A model generated the notes under the pieces. That model had not been told where the DNA came from. It did not search any database and worked only from the letters and a program-made list of their open reading frames with translations. 64,000 nucleotides of DNA from an uncultured Acidimicrobiales bacterium (GTDB lineage: Bacteria > Actinomycetota > Acidimicrobiia > Acidimicrobiales > UBA10347): NCBI GenBank assembly GCA_943788915.1, contig CALSSD010000005.1, positions 124,001 through 188,000 of the forward strand. Reading direction: 5' to 3'. Below, in pieces: positions 18,745-28,634 of the stretch; positions within the stretch are counted from its first letter, which is position 1, and each line of letters opens with the position of its first letter. The position numbers and the translations under genes are program-made.

Positions 18745-20073
18745 TCAGGGGATCGCGTACGGTTCCTCGTCGGGAGTGTTGAGCGCAATATCGCGGTAGT
18801 GCGCTTGCCATTCGTTCGGCGGGTAACTCGCCGGATCTCGTGGGGCCAGGTATTTGACGATGTCGAAATGGTTGAGTCTTTTGCTGACGACTTCGTCGCC
18901 CAGGTGGGCGGTGCCGTTGATGTGGGACATGATTGACCGGCTGAGCAGAGCAAACAGCCACGGAGCCGACCCGATGCCGTCTAGGCCGACGCCAGGGAAG
19001 TAGAGATCAGGGGCGTCCAGGCTGCGGACGAGACCACCACAGCGCGCCGCAAGCGCGTCAAGGGTCGTGATGCTCGCGATCTCCTCGGCATCGAAGTACG
19101 AGAGATCGACGCTGTACCCGGTGCCCCAGAGCAGGAAGTCGGCATCGAAGCGATGACCGTCAGACAGCGTGATCGTTCCGTTCGCGATTGATTGAACGGT
19201 CGCTTGGTGGCGGTCGATTGAATCGAAACCTGCCATCATGGCAGCCCGCCCGGGAATGAGTTGGTCGTGTTCCAAGTCGAATGGATGGGTGGGCATGATC
19301 TCTTCGACCCCGTACTTGGCGTAACGCGATCGCAGGTCGGTCTCGATCGCCGTGCTCTGCTCCGCTGTTGTAAGACCGCTGTTCTGCAGCTGAGCGAACC
19401 CTCGCACGCTGCCGGCGACGTATTTCGGCTTGCTCGTGGGCATGAACCAGCGCAGTCCTCGGTAAGCCCATGTGATGTTGCGAGCGCCATGCTCAAAACA
19501 CAGGTCGAGGAGGTCGAACGCCGATGCGCCACCACCGACGACAAGCACATCGCGACCTACCAATTCTTGGGGTCCATGCAGAGCGCTCGAATGAAACTCA
19601 CGCACCGTGCTCGACGTTCGCTCCTAGGCGGGGATCACCGGCGTGTTGTGTGCCCCGGTTGCAGCAATCAGGTGACGACTGTGCACGGTGCCCCGTGGCG
19701 TGTCGAGTTCCCACATAGTTCCCGTGTGACGGGCGCACTCGACGGGAGTATCTACCCAGATTCCACCGGCCAGGTCGAACTGCTCGACCCACGCCTCGAT
19801 GTTCGCAAGAATGTGCGGCTGCGTGGTCCCGTCGATCGGCAAGTCACCCAGGGTCCAATCCAACGCGCTGATCTGGATGTCCTGCCATGCGGGAAGATCC
19901 CGCCATAACCCACCGACACGGTCTTGTCGCTCCAACACAATGGCTTCGAGTCCGGCTCGACGAGCTGCCGCGAGCGCCACCACGCCGGCAATGCCTCCGC
20001 CAACGATCGCTACGTCGCACGTCTCACTGATGCCTTCCAACTTCGGCTCCTCGCTTTGGCGTCCGCGGACCAT
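18745..20073 (-). pseudogene. Flavin-containing monooxygenase-like gene with in-frame TAG at 19624-19626
   Basis: GGGIAG and GGLW in 19624-20073 continue in the same frame (IPA*ERTSSTVREFHSS) into the GGGASA and WGTGY segment. Confidence 0.75.
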
Positions 20074-20222
20074 CGCCGCCGATGAGACGACAAGAGCCGG
20101 AGACCAAAAGCCTTCACCACGTTAGCCAATCATGGCTTCAGCCGCTGGATCAGCAAACCCTGCGCCAACACAGGAGAGCCCTCGGAGTATTTTACGAACG
20201 CCCCCTCGTCGATGACTCCGGG

Positions 20223-21005
20223 TCAGCGCCCCTTGTACGTTGGATCGCGGCGCTCCAGGAATGCGGCGACGCTCTCCTGGTGATCCTCGGTGGCCAGCAG
20301 ATCACCGAGCGCCGTCTTCAGGTGAGTCCGCAGCTCGTTTCCCCGGCCCGCCCGCTCTAGGCGCAACGCCTCCTTCGCGGCCTGTACGGCCAGCGGTGCG
20401 TTGACCGTGATTCGCTTGGCCAGCGCTCGGGCCGTGGCGAGCAGTTCATCATCGCTGACAACCTGCGAGACAAGTCCGAGTTCCAGCGCCCGGTCGGCCT
20501 CGACCATGTCGCCGGTCAGAAGGATCTCGGCGGCGGCAGCCGGGCCGACCATTCGCGGGAGTAGCTCAAAACTGTCAGGGCCAGCAACGATCGCCCGCTT
20601 GACGAACATCTGAGAGAATCGGGCACTGGTCGAAGCGATACGGATATCGGCCAGCAGGGCTAGCTCCATGCCGTAACCCACGGCTGCGCCGTTCACGGCA
20701 GCAATGATCGGCGTCGTCGAGCGCAACATCGGCCCGCTCGGCAGCTCCAACTCACCGCTCGCGATACGTCGTGATAGTTCGGCCGCACCCTCACCGAGCA
20801 GTTCCTTGACATCATCGCCGGTGCAGAAGCCACGACCGTTGCCGGTCCAGATGATGACTCGTACCGCTGGATCGGCATCGGCCTGTACCAGGTACTCGGA
20901 CAGGAGGCGGTAGGCCTCGTAGTTGAGTGAGTTGAAACGCTCCGGCCGGTTGGTGGTGATCGTCGCGATCTGATCTTCGACCTCATACAGAATCTCGTTG
21001 CCCAT
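20223..21005 (-). CDS. Enoyl-CoA hydratase/isomerase family protein
   Basis: FCTGDD, IAAVNGAAVGYGMELAL. Confidence 0.9.
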   Translation of the reverse strand: MGNEILYEVEDQIATITTNRPERFNSLNYEAYRLLSEYLVQADADPAVRVIIWTGNGRGFCTGDDVKELLGEGAAELSRRIASGELELPSGPMLRSTTPIIAAVNGAAVGYGMELALLADIRIASTSARFSQMFVKRAIVAGPDSFELLPRMVGPAAAAEILLTGDMVEADRALELGLVSQVVSDDELLATARALAKRITVNAPLAVQAAKEALRLERAGRGNELRTHLKTALGDLLATEDHQESVAAFLERRDPTYKGR

Positions 21006-21155
21006 CTACCCAGTCTTTCTCATAATCGACTCACGACCCATAATTACGTCCGGCCAGACTGCACGGCGCGCCTCTCGGTCAACGGCACCGATGGGCGGCA
21101 CGGAACATCTTGTTCTGAACCGGCAGTTCACCTGCCGCACCTCCCGTCGCTGCGG

Positions 21156-21869
21156 CTAGATCGCGTCAACGACAGCGAAGCCACTGCCCTTCTCTTGCAC
21201 ATGGAACGCGTGGGGAGCAGAAAAATGTGCGGGCAAGAGCACGGCGTTGGCTTCGACTGCGGCTTCGAGCACTGAGCGGCGACTCGCGATCGAACCCTCG
21301 GCGTCGAGGCAGAAGCCGCTGTTCCACTCGGGGCGGTAGACCTGCACAGGGCTGTGCATCGAATCGCCCGACAACAGGCCTCGCTCACCCTTTGACTCGA
21401 GCCAACCAATGGCATGGCCGGGCGTATGACCGGGCTTCAGCTCAAGCCGCAATGAATCATCGACCTGACAGCCGTCGCCATCCCAGAGCTCCACGAGGCC
21501 GCGATCAAACACTGGCAAGATGCTGTCGTCGAATACGTTCGCATTGAACTCAAGCCCGGTTTGGTCAGTTTCGGACAGGTTCCAAAACTCATACTCGGTC
21601 TTGTTCATGTAGTAGGTCGCGTTTGGGAAGGTGGGTAACCACTCGCCGTTCACCAGGTTCGTGTTCCAGCCAACGTGGTCGAGGTGAATATGGGTACACA
21701 CGACCGCATCAACCTCGTCGGGCTGAATGCCGCTCGCGACCAGTCGTTCAAGCCAGTCAGTGTTGAGCATCGCCATTTCTTCCATCGAACGCTCTTTGTG
21801 ATTTCCATTACACGTATCGACAAGGATCGTGCTCTGGGGAGTCCGAACAACCCACGTGTGGATACTCAT
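21156..21869 (-). CDS. MBL-fold metallo-hydrolase, possibly N-terminally truncated
   Basis: THIHLDHVGWNT, PGHTPGH, GDSMH, PAHF. Confidence 0.85.
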   Translation of the reverse strand: MSIHTWVVRTPQSTILVDTCNGNHKERSMEEMAMLNTDWLERLVASGIQPDEVDAVVCTHIHLDHVGWNTNLVNGEWLPTFPNATYYMNKTEYEFWNLSETDQTGLEFNANVFDDSILPVFDRGLVELWDGDGCQVDDSLRLELKPGHTPGHAIGWLESKGERGLLSGDSMHSPVQVYRPEWNSGFCLDAEGSIASRRSVLEAAVEANAVLLPAHFSAPHAFHVQEKGSGFAVVDAI

Positions 21870-22162
21870 CAGCGCCAGGTCAGTTGTCTTTCCCCAGTCG
21901 TGCGACGAGGTGCTTCGTATCTCGTGAGTACCTAGCCTCGCGCACCAGCAAGGGGCCTGCTCATCGAACGGAACACCGACAGAAATCTTTGGTCGCTCTA
22001 GCTGGTAGCGGCGCCTTCCCCTGAGGCCATGCCCCCGGGGTCATCCCATCAGTTCAGGGTTCGCATCGTGTTCCATCAGGGGTCCGGCGAAGCGCTCTGG
22101 AAGGCGACGGCTTTGGGCGCGAAATGTTCCGTTCGTCTGACGGGAACTACCCTCTCCCCCCA

Positions 22163-23017
22163 ATGGATACTTCAAAGATTGCTGTACTCGGGGCCGGGAC
22201 GATGGGTGCCGGGATCGCCCAGACTGCGGCAGAGGCTGGCCACCAGGTCACATTGATCGACACCAACCAAGAAGCGGTGGATAGGGGGATGGCCTCGATC
22301 GATGCGATTCTGGAGCGAAAGGTCGAGAAGGGGCGAGCGAGCCGCGACCAGGTCGATCAGACCAAGAATCTCCTACAGACCACCACCGACACCGAAACCG
22401 GAGTCGCTGACGCGGTGATGGTGGTAGAGGCGGTGTTCGAGGATCTCGCAATAAAGCAGCACGTGTTTCGCACGCTCGATGGGTACTGCCCTCCGGATGT
22501 CATTCTGGCCAGCAACACTTCGACGCTACCGATCTCGAAGATCGCGTCAGCAACACAGCGACCCGAACGAGTGATCGGCACCCACTACTTCAGCCCCGTG
22601 CCGTTGATGCGACTGGTCGAGGTCGTCCGAGGAGAACACACGAGCGACTCGGTCGCCGAGCGCACAGTCGAGCTGTGTCGAGGATTTGGAAAGAGCCCGA
22701 TCTTGATAGCGGACGTACCCGGCTTCATCGTCAACCGTTTCCTGTGCCTGCTCTACAACGAGGCCGCCAACATGATCCACAACGGCGTGGCTACTGCCGA
22801 GGACATCGATGCCGCACTCAAGCTGGGCTGCAACTGGCCAATGGGAGTCACCGAGATCATGGATCTGGCCGGTGTCGATGTGACCCTGAACGCAATGGAA
22901 GCAATGCACGAAATGACCGGCGAGGATCGTTACGACCCTTCACCATTGCTGCGGCAGATGGTGGCCGACAACAAGCTCGGCCGAAAGACCGGCAGCGGCT
23001 TCTACGATCACACATAA
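22163..23017 (+). CDS. 3-hydroxyacyl(butyryl)-CoA dehydrogenase
   Basis: GAGTMGAGIA, VEAVFED, ASNTSTL, HYFSP, PGFIVNR, LGRKTGSGFY. Confidence 0.93.
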   Translation: MDTSKIAVLGAGTMGAGIAQTAAEAGHQVTLIDTNQEAVDRGMASIDAILERKVEKGRASRDQVDQTKNLLQTTTDTETGVADAVMVVEAVFEDLAIKQHVFRTLDGYCPPDVILASNTSTLPISKIASATQRPERVIGTHYFSPVPLMRLVEVVRGEHTSDSVAERTVELCRGFGKSPILIADVPGFIVNRFLCLLYNEAANMIHNGVATAEDIDAALKLGCNWPMGVTEIMDLAGVDVTLNAMEAMHEMTGEDRYDPSPLLRQMVADNKLGRKTGSGFYDHT

Positions 23018-23176
23018 CACCCGCACCACCTGGTCGATACGCCGAAGTGTGCGGTTTCAGGAACGGACCGGTTGGTTGCACCGCCGAAACCGCTCACCGA
23101 CCCCAAAGAGCATCCAGGCCATGCGATCGTCTAGATTCGTTAATGGAACCTGTAGTGAACACCCTGGGAGTTACCG

Positions 23177-24010
23177 ATGTCCGTTGTCGAAGCAGCCGGG
23201 CTCACCTATCACCCGATCTCACCTAAGTTCGGTGCCGAGCTCACGGATGCTGTGCTGCTCGATCTGCATGACGACGAGGTGGAGTCGCTGCAACAACTGG
23301 CAGCGGAACGCGGCGTCGTCGTCGTCCGGGATCAATCGATGACGGTGCACCAGCAGGCCGAATTCGCCCATCGGCTCGGGCCGCTCACGACCTACCCCGT
23401 TCGCGACAAAGACGTTCCGTCCGAACTCTTAGTCATTCATGCAGACGAGAACTCGAAGAATGTTGCGGGCAGCAAATGGCACACCGACATCTCTAGCGAA
23501 GAACGGCCACCATCGCTGTCGATGCTTCGCATGGAGGTCGTGCCGTCAAGCGGGGGCGACACGCTGTTTTGCGATATGTATCAAGCGTTCGAGTCGCTAT
23601 CGCCCGAGATGCAGCGTTTCCTGAAACGGTTGAGTGCTCGACACGACCCGAAGGGTCATCATCTCTACCTGAGTGGAGCCAAGACGCTACGAGAACTGCC
23701 GTCGCAGATCCATCCGGTCATCCGCACCCATCCTCGCACCGGGCGCAACGCGCTCTATGTGAACTCCGGTTTCACCGCTCGTATTCAAGATGTCACCCGC
23801 GGCGAGAGCGACGCGCTTCTCGCCATGTTGTTCGATCACATCATCCAAGGACTCAATTTCCAGATCCGCGTTCGCTGGGAGCCGAACACCGTCGTGTTTT
23901 GGGACAACCGAGTTGTCCAACATCACGCAGCTTGGGATTATTACCCGCAGGTGCGTCACGGTTACCGCGCTACGTCGATCGGCGAGATCCCGTACCTCGC
24001 GACCCACTGA
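23177..24010 (+). CDS. TauD/TfdA family alpha-ketoglutarate-dependent dioxygenase
   Basis: WHTD, GGDTLF, HPVIRTHP, WDNRVVQH. Confidence 0.92.
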   Translation: MSVVEAAGLTYHPISPKFGAELTDAVLLDLHDDEVESLQQLAAERGVVVVRDQSMTVHQQAEFAHRLGPLTTYPVRDKDVPSELLVIHADENSKNVAGSKWHTDISSEERPPSLSMLRMEVVPSSGGDTLFCDMYQAFESLSPEMQRFLKRLSARHDPKGHHLYLSGAKTLRELPSQIHPVIRTHPRTGRNALYVNSGFTARIQDVTRGESDALLAMLFDHIIQGLNFQIRVRWEPNTVVFWDNRVVQHHAAWDYYPQVRHGYRATSIGEIPYLATH

Positions 24011-24047
24011 AGCCACCTCGCGACGATCAAGGCCGACCGTTCGCAGA

Positions 24048-25247
24048 TCACCCGGGACTCTGGGGCTTCAACCGGTACAGCAGCGCCGTGCCAATGAGCC
24101 CCGAAGCGACAGCGGTCCATTGGGCTGCAGAGTGGCCGGAGGAATCGATGATTCGCCCCATGACCGGCGGGCCTATGAGGCCGCCGAGCCCGTTGGCCGT
24201 GTAGAGCGCTCCCAGAACGCCACCCATACCAACGGTGCCGAATAGTTGGGCGAGCACGGCTGGCGACAATGCGATGATGCCTCCATAGGCGACGCCGAGG
24301 ACGACTGCGAATGCGATAAGCAGCGGGTAGTTCGTGCCGGCAGCGAGCCAGATCAAGAAACTCAACCCGAGCGCGAGGCATGACCATCGAAACAGAGCGA
24401 TGATGCCTACCTTTGCTGCAAATGCTCCAAGTGCGAGCCGGCCAACGATCGAAGCCATGCCAATGATTCCAAGAAGCAGGGCAGCCGATCCGGTGGAGCC
24501 GGTTGCATCGATGTAGTCGGCCATGAAGACGAACACGGTGAACAGCGAGGCCGACATAAAGAACGACGACGCGTACAAGATCCAGAAGTCGCTGCGGCCG
24601 CGAATCACTTCGCGAATAGGTCGAGGAACAGCGACTGAACCCGGCGTCCTATACGCTCCCACCGCAGCGATCAGCAACAGGACTCCTGAGATGATGGCCA
24701 AGACCCGGTAAGCATCGCGCCACCCCTGCGCGTCGATCACCCGCTCCATGATCGGGACCAGCACAAGGGTGCCAGCGCCGATACCCGCAACCGCGAGCCC
24801 AAGCGCGAGAGTGCGCTTCTCAACGAACCAGCCGCCCACAGTTGCGACCATCGGCACAAAACAACAGGCAACCCCGATGCCAACACCCAGCCCGTAGGTC
24901 AGATAGCCCAGCTGGATCGAGGAGACCTCTGCGGTGAGCAACAGGCCGATCACCATGGAAACAGCTCCGAGGATGACCACTGGTCGCGGGCCGATTCGAT
25001 CAGCGAGCCTGCCGGTAAAAGGACCGATCGCGAAATAGGCAAATGTAGTGATGGCGAAGAACAACGCTGTCTCGGATCGACTGGTTCCGAACTCATCGGC
25101 CATAGGTCCAAAGAACTCACCAAAGCTGTAGGCCACGCCAAACACCGTGAACATCGCAAGGAAGGCAGAGAACACAACCACCCAACCTCGCCTCGAGTCG
25201 ACGCCATGCGAGGTACCACTATCTGGTCTGACGGTTGTGTCGGTCAC
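24048..25247 (-). CDS. MFS transporter (monocarboxylate/OFA-like)
   Basis: GRLADRIGPR motif A; about 12 hydrophobic segments. Confidence 0.9.
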   Translation of the reverse strand: MTDTTVRPDSGTSHGVDSRRGWVVVFSAFLAMFTVFGVAYSFGEFFGPMADEFGTSRSETALFFAITTFAYFAIGPFTGRLADRIGPRPVVILGAVSMVIGLLLTAEVSSIQLGYLTYGLGVGIGVACCFVPMVATVGGWFVEKRTLALGLAVAGIGAGTLVLVPIMERVIDAQGWRDAYRVLAIISGVLLLIAAVGAYRTPGSVAVPRPIREVIRGRSDFWILYASSFFMSASLFTVFVFMADYIDATGSTGSAALLLGIIGMASIVGRLALGAFAAKVGIIALFRWSCLALGLSFLIWLAAGTNYPLLIAFAVVLGVAYGGIIALSPAVLAQLFGTVGMGGVLGALYTANGLGGLIGPPVMGRIIDSSGHSAAQWTAVASGLIGTALLYRLKPQSPG

Positions 25248-25294
25248 GATGCGAGTGTCCTCATCCTGGAATCTGATGTAGCCACGAGTACTGG

Positions 25295-25312
25295 TTTCGT
25301 ACCCGCCAGTAC
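25295..25312. promoter_or_regulatory. Putative TetR operator 1
   Basis: TTTCGTACCCGCCAGTAC; a near-identical copy lies in inverted orientation at 25354-25371. Confidence 0.6.
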
Positions 25313-25353
25313 GACATAGTGAGGTATCGTTGTTGCCAGGTCAAGGAATTCTT

Positions 25354-25371
25354 TTACTGAAAGGTACGAAA
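25354..25371. promoter_or_regulatory. Putative TetR operator 2
   Basis: TTACTGAAAGGTACGAAA (reverse complement TTTCGTACCTTTCAGTAA); 2 nt before the TetR start. Confidence 0.6.
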
Positions 25372-25373
25372 TA

Positions 25374-25988
25374 GTGGCTGGACGTCCGAGAGCGCTTGAC
25401 CTCGACACTGCGCTACCCGTGACCCTCCGGCTCTTTTGGGAGCGCGGGTATTCGGGGCAGACGTTGGATCAGCTGGCAGCAGCGCTCGGCGTCACCAAAC
25501 CCACGTTATGTCGCACCCTTGGCGACAAGGACGCCATCTTTGTTGCCGCCCTCGACGAGTACCACCAGACCTACATTGCCCCCGCCGAGGAATACCTGGC
25601 ACAAGCAAACACCTTGCGCGAAGGACTGCAGGGATTCTTCGCCGTCTTCGTCGCACGGATCGTCGACGATGACCTGCCGCCAGGATGTTTCATGGGCGAC
25701 ACCGCCGCCGCTACTGGATTCGACGCCGGGAGTATTGCCGAGACGTTGCAGACGCTGCTAGGACGCTTGGCTTCGATCGTGCACCAACACATCGAAACTG
25801 CCATAGACAATGGCGAGCTCACGTCGACCGCATCGAGCCTGCCCGTGCTCCAGTTCGTCTTGGGTCAAATCTCGGCACTCTCGGCAATCTCGCGGTCGGA
25901 TCCAACACAAGCACAACTCGACGACGTGGTCGAGTACATGCTCAACGGGCTCCCGTGGGCAGGCGCCGATTCGACTCCACCTGGGTGA
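25374..25988 (+). CDS. TetR/AcrR family regulator
   Basis: MAGRPR...LFWERGY...LGVTKPTL HTH; PPGCF. Confidence 0.9.
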   Translation: MAGRPRALDLDTALPVTLRLFWERGYSGQTLDQLAAALGVTKPTLCRTLGDKDAIFVAALDEYHQTYIAPAEEYLAQANTLREGLQGFFAVFVARIVDDDLPPGCFMGDTAAATGFDAGSIAETLQTLLGRLASIVHQHIETAIDNGELTSTASSLPVLQFVLGQISALSAISRSDPTQAQLDDVVEYMLNGLPWAGADSTPPG

Positions 25989-26102
25989 AGGGTGATTGGG
26001 TCATCTCGGTCAGTGACGACCAGTCGGCTCCCAGATCATCCAAAACCACTCTGATTTTCTCGTAAACGCAGTCGTTCAATCGCGATTCGGCCATCGACCG
26101 CG

Positions 26103-27320
26103 TCAGGCAATCACGCCATCGGAGCGCAAGGTGACCAACTCGTCGGCCGACACCGCCAGCAGGTCCGACAAGACCTCGTCGGTGTGCTCGCCAAACAATG
26201 GAGCGTGTCGAGAATTGACCGAGGTAGTTTTTGAGAACAACGCAGGCGACCGGGCGGAACGGATCGTGCCAGCTGTTGGGTGGACACTCTCCTGCACGAT
26301 GCCCCGGTGCTGCACATGTGGATCGGCAATCATTTCCTCTCGGGAATTCACCGGCGCTGCCGGCACATCAGCGTCGTCCATAAGCTTCACCAGCGCTGCG
26401 GTGGTGTACTTCACCGTTTCCAGCTCGAGTTCCTGGTTGATTTCACTGCCATACGTGATGCGACCGTGGAGGCCTGCGAATCGAGCGTCAGATGCCAAAT
26501 CGGGCCGATGCAGAGCTGCACACAACCCTTGCCACTGTGCGTCGGTCCCGAGCGGATAGACCATGGCCCAACCATCAACGGTTCGAAACAGCTTGCACAC
26601 TGCCGACAAATCAGGGCTGTCTGTTTCGTGGTCGACGTACGTGTGATTCCACATCGCCTCGAGCCACAAGAAGTGGATGCTGGCGTCGACCATGGCTATC
26701 TCAATGTGTTGCCCGCCATGGCCCATTGACCGGGCCACCAGCGCAGCGCAAACTGCTTGGGCAACGTTCAGCGAGGTCACCTTGTCGGCCACGATCGTTG
26801 CCATCAACTGCGGCTCGCCCTGGTCATCCACCTGGACCATCGGATAACCAGTAATCGACTGCACAATCGCGTCAAACGCCGGGCGATGCGAATACGGCCC
26901 GTCGCTGCCGAATCCGCTGACCGAGCACATCACCAGCTCCGGATTCAGTGCATGGAGGACGTCCCATCCCAGACCGAGTCGCTCGATTGCTCCGGGGCGG
27001 AAGTTCTGCACCACCACATCTGCGTCGCGGATGAGCTCAAGCACGAGGTCTTTGCCCCGTTGGTCCTTGAGATTAAGTGCGATCGATCGCTTGTTGCGGT
27101 TTAGCGACGCCCACATAGCGCTTACGCCTTGGGCCGACTCGACCAACGCGCCGGTATCACGCACGATGTCGGGCGCATGGGCCTGCTCGACAGTGATGAC
27201 GTCGGCACCTTGGTCGGCCAAGATCGAGGTACCGAACGGTCCCGAGACCACCGCCGACAGATCGATGACGCGGATACCCGTGAGAGGACCGCCCGCTGGC
27301 GCTCCAGCCTGTTCTGTCAT
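26103..27320 (-). CDS. Family III CoA-transferase (CaiB/BaiF)
   Basis: PLTGIRVIDL, LNRNKRSI, QNFRPG, VADK (catalytic Asp position). Confidence 0.92.
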   Translation of the reverse strand: MTEQAGAPAGGPLTGIRVIDLSAVVSGPFGTSILADQGADVITVEQAHAPDIVRDTGALVESAQGVSAMWASLNRNKRSIALNLKDQRGKDLVLELIRDADVVVQNFRPGAIERLGLGWDVLHALNPELVMCSVSGFGSDGPYSHRPAFDAIVQSITGYPMVQVDDQGEPQLMATIVADKVTSLNVAQAVCAALVARSMGHGGQHIEIAMVDASIHFLWLEAMWNHTYVDHETDSPDLSAVCKLFRTVDGWAMVYPLGTDAQWQGLCAALHRPDLASDARFAGLHGRITYGSEINQELELETVKYTTAALVKLMDDADVPAAPVNSREEMIADPHVQHRGIVQESVHPTAGTIRSARSPALFSKTTSVNSRHAPLFGEHTDEVLSDLLAVSADELVTLRSDGVIA

Positions 27321-27533
27321 GCTGACACCTCCTGTGGTCCCAGTCGCAGACATTAGTTGCCATGCCAGATCAGGAACAGTCCGGCCGATCGGGCGCCCCG
27401 AATACGACCCGCACCCAAAGCGATTACACGCGCAAAGCACCCGACTCGCAACAGGTACGAGATGCGGTCTACTCCGGTCACGACTAAGGACTCGGCTTAG
27501 GACTACCGCTCTACTGTGTGCTGAAGTGAGCCC

Positions 27534-28319
27534 ATGAGCAACATCGTTCTCGATATCGACGATCACGTCGCCCGGATCACCATCGACCGCGCCGAACGGA
27601 TGAACGCGTTCGACATAAACACCCATGAACAGTTCGCGGCCGCAATCGACCAGGTTGAGTCAGACGACAACATCCGGGTTGCGGTCATTACCGGCGCAGG
27701 AGATCGCTCGTTCTGTGCGGGCCGGGATCTGAAGTGGACCGCGGAGGTCAGCCAGGCGTCTCCCGAAGTTCGCGCCGACGCCGATCGGCGCATGGCAGCC
27801 ATCACCAAACTCCAATTCCGCCACGACATCACCAAACCGCTCATCGCCCGCATTAACGGATACGCACTGGGCGGCGGGCTCGAGCTTGCCTTAGCGTGCG
27901 ACATCATCGTTGCCGCCGAACATGCTGAGATCGGGCTACCCGAGGTTCGCCGAGGCCTCATCGCTGGAGCAATGGGCATTCACCGATTGCCGCGGCAGAT
28001 TCCTCACCATCTGGCCATGGGTTACTTGTTGACCGGCCGCCACATGTCTGCGTCTCGGGCCGCCGAGATCGGGCTTGTCAACCAGGTCGTACCCATGGCC
28101 GACCTCGACCAGGCGGTTGATACATGGGTTGCTGACATCAAACGTTGCTCCCCCGCTGCTCTTAGGGCCACGAAACAGTCAGCGATGGACGCACTGCACC
28201 TCTCGCTGGCCGAAGCTGGCGAGTACCGCAGCCCGATGGAACAGTCGTGGGTCGACAGCGCTGACCGCATCGAAGGCCCCCGGGCCTTCGCCGAAAAGCG
28301 TGACCCGAACTGGAGCTGA
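27534..28319 (+). CDS. Enoyl-CoA hydratase family protein
   Basis: FCAGRDLK, GYALGGGLELALACD, GLPEVRRG. Confidence 0.92.
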   Translation: MSNIVLDIDDHVARITIDRAERMNAFDINTHEQFAAAIDQVESDDNIRVAVITGAGDRSFCAGRDLKWTAEVSQASPEVRADADRRMAAITKLQFRHDITKPLIARINGYALGGGLELALACDIIVAAEHAEIGLPEVRRGLIAGAMGIHRLPRQIPHHLAMGYLLTGRHMSASRAAEIGLVNQVVPMADLDQAVDTWVADIKRCSPAALRATKQSAMDALHLSLAEAGEYRSPMEQSWVDSADRIEGPRAFAEKRDPNWS

Positions 28320-28334
28320 TCTCACCCGAGGTGG

Positions 28335-28628
28335 TCAAGAAGCAGCTTGAGACGAATCAGTGTTGAAGTAACGACGAATCAGGAAGTCAGATCCCGGCAT
28401 GCCTGATCTCTTCATCGACGGAACCTGATGAGGTTCGATGTTGTGGTCTCGGTCGCCTAGCCAAACGATCGAGTAGCTGCCCCAGGCATGTGGTTCAGGA
28501 TGTTGCTCGCGCTTCCGGGGTTTCACATACCGGGTGCCACCCAAGGTCAGATCGGTCGCCCTGTGGGTATGGCCACCGAACACGATGTCCGCATCACATG
28601 CAGGAAATAGGGTTGTTGCGGTTGCCAC
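28335..28628 (-). pseudogene. C-terminal remnant of metallophosphoesterase (YfcE-like)
   Basis: DADIVFGGHTH motif without the N-terminal DxH and GD motifs. Confidence 0.5.
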
Positions 28629-28634
28629 ATCGAG

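Noticed and set aside
19624..19626. Pyrrolysine at the TAG in the monooxygenase
   Set aside because: No pyl genes in view, the position is not a recognisable catalytic site, and a nonsense change is simpler.
27321..27626. N-terminal extension of the CoA-transferase ORF 26103-27626
   Set aside because: Overlaps the divergent enoyl-CoA hydratase. An RBS (GGAGG) precedes the ATG at 27320.
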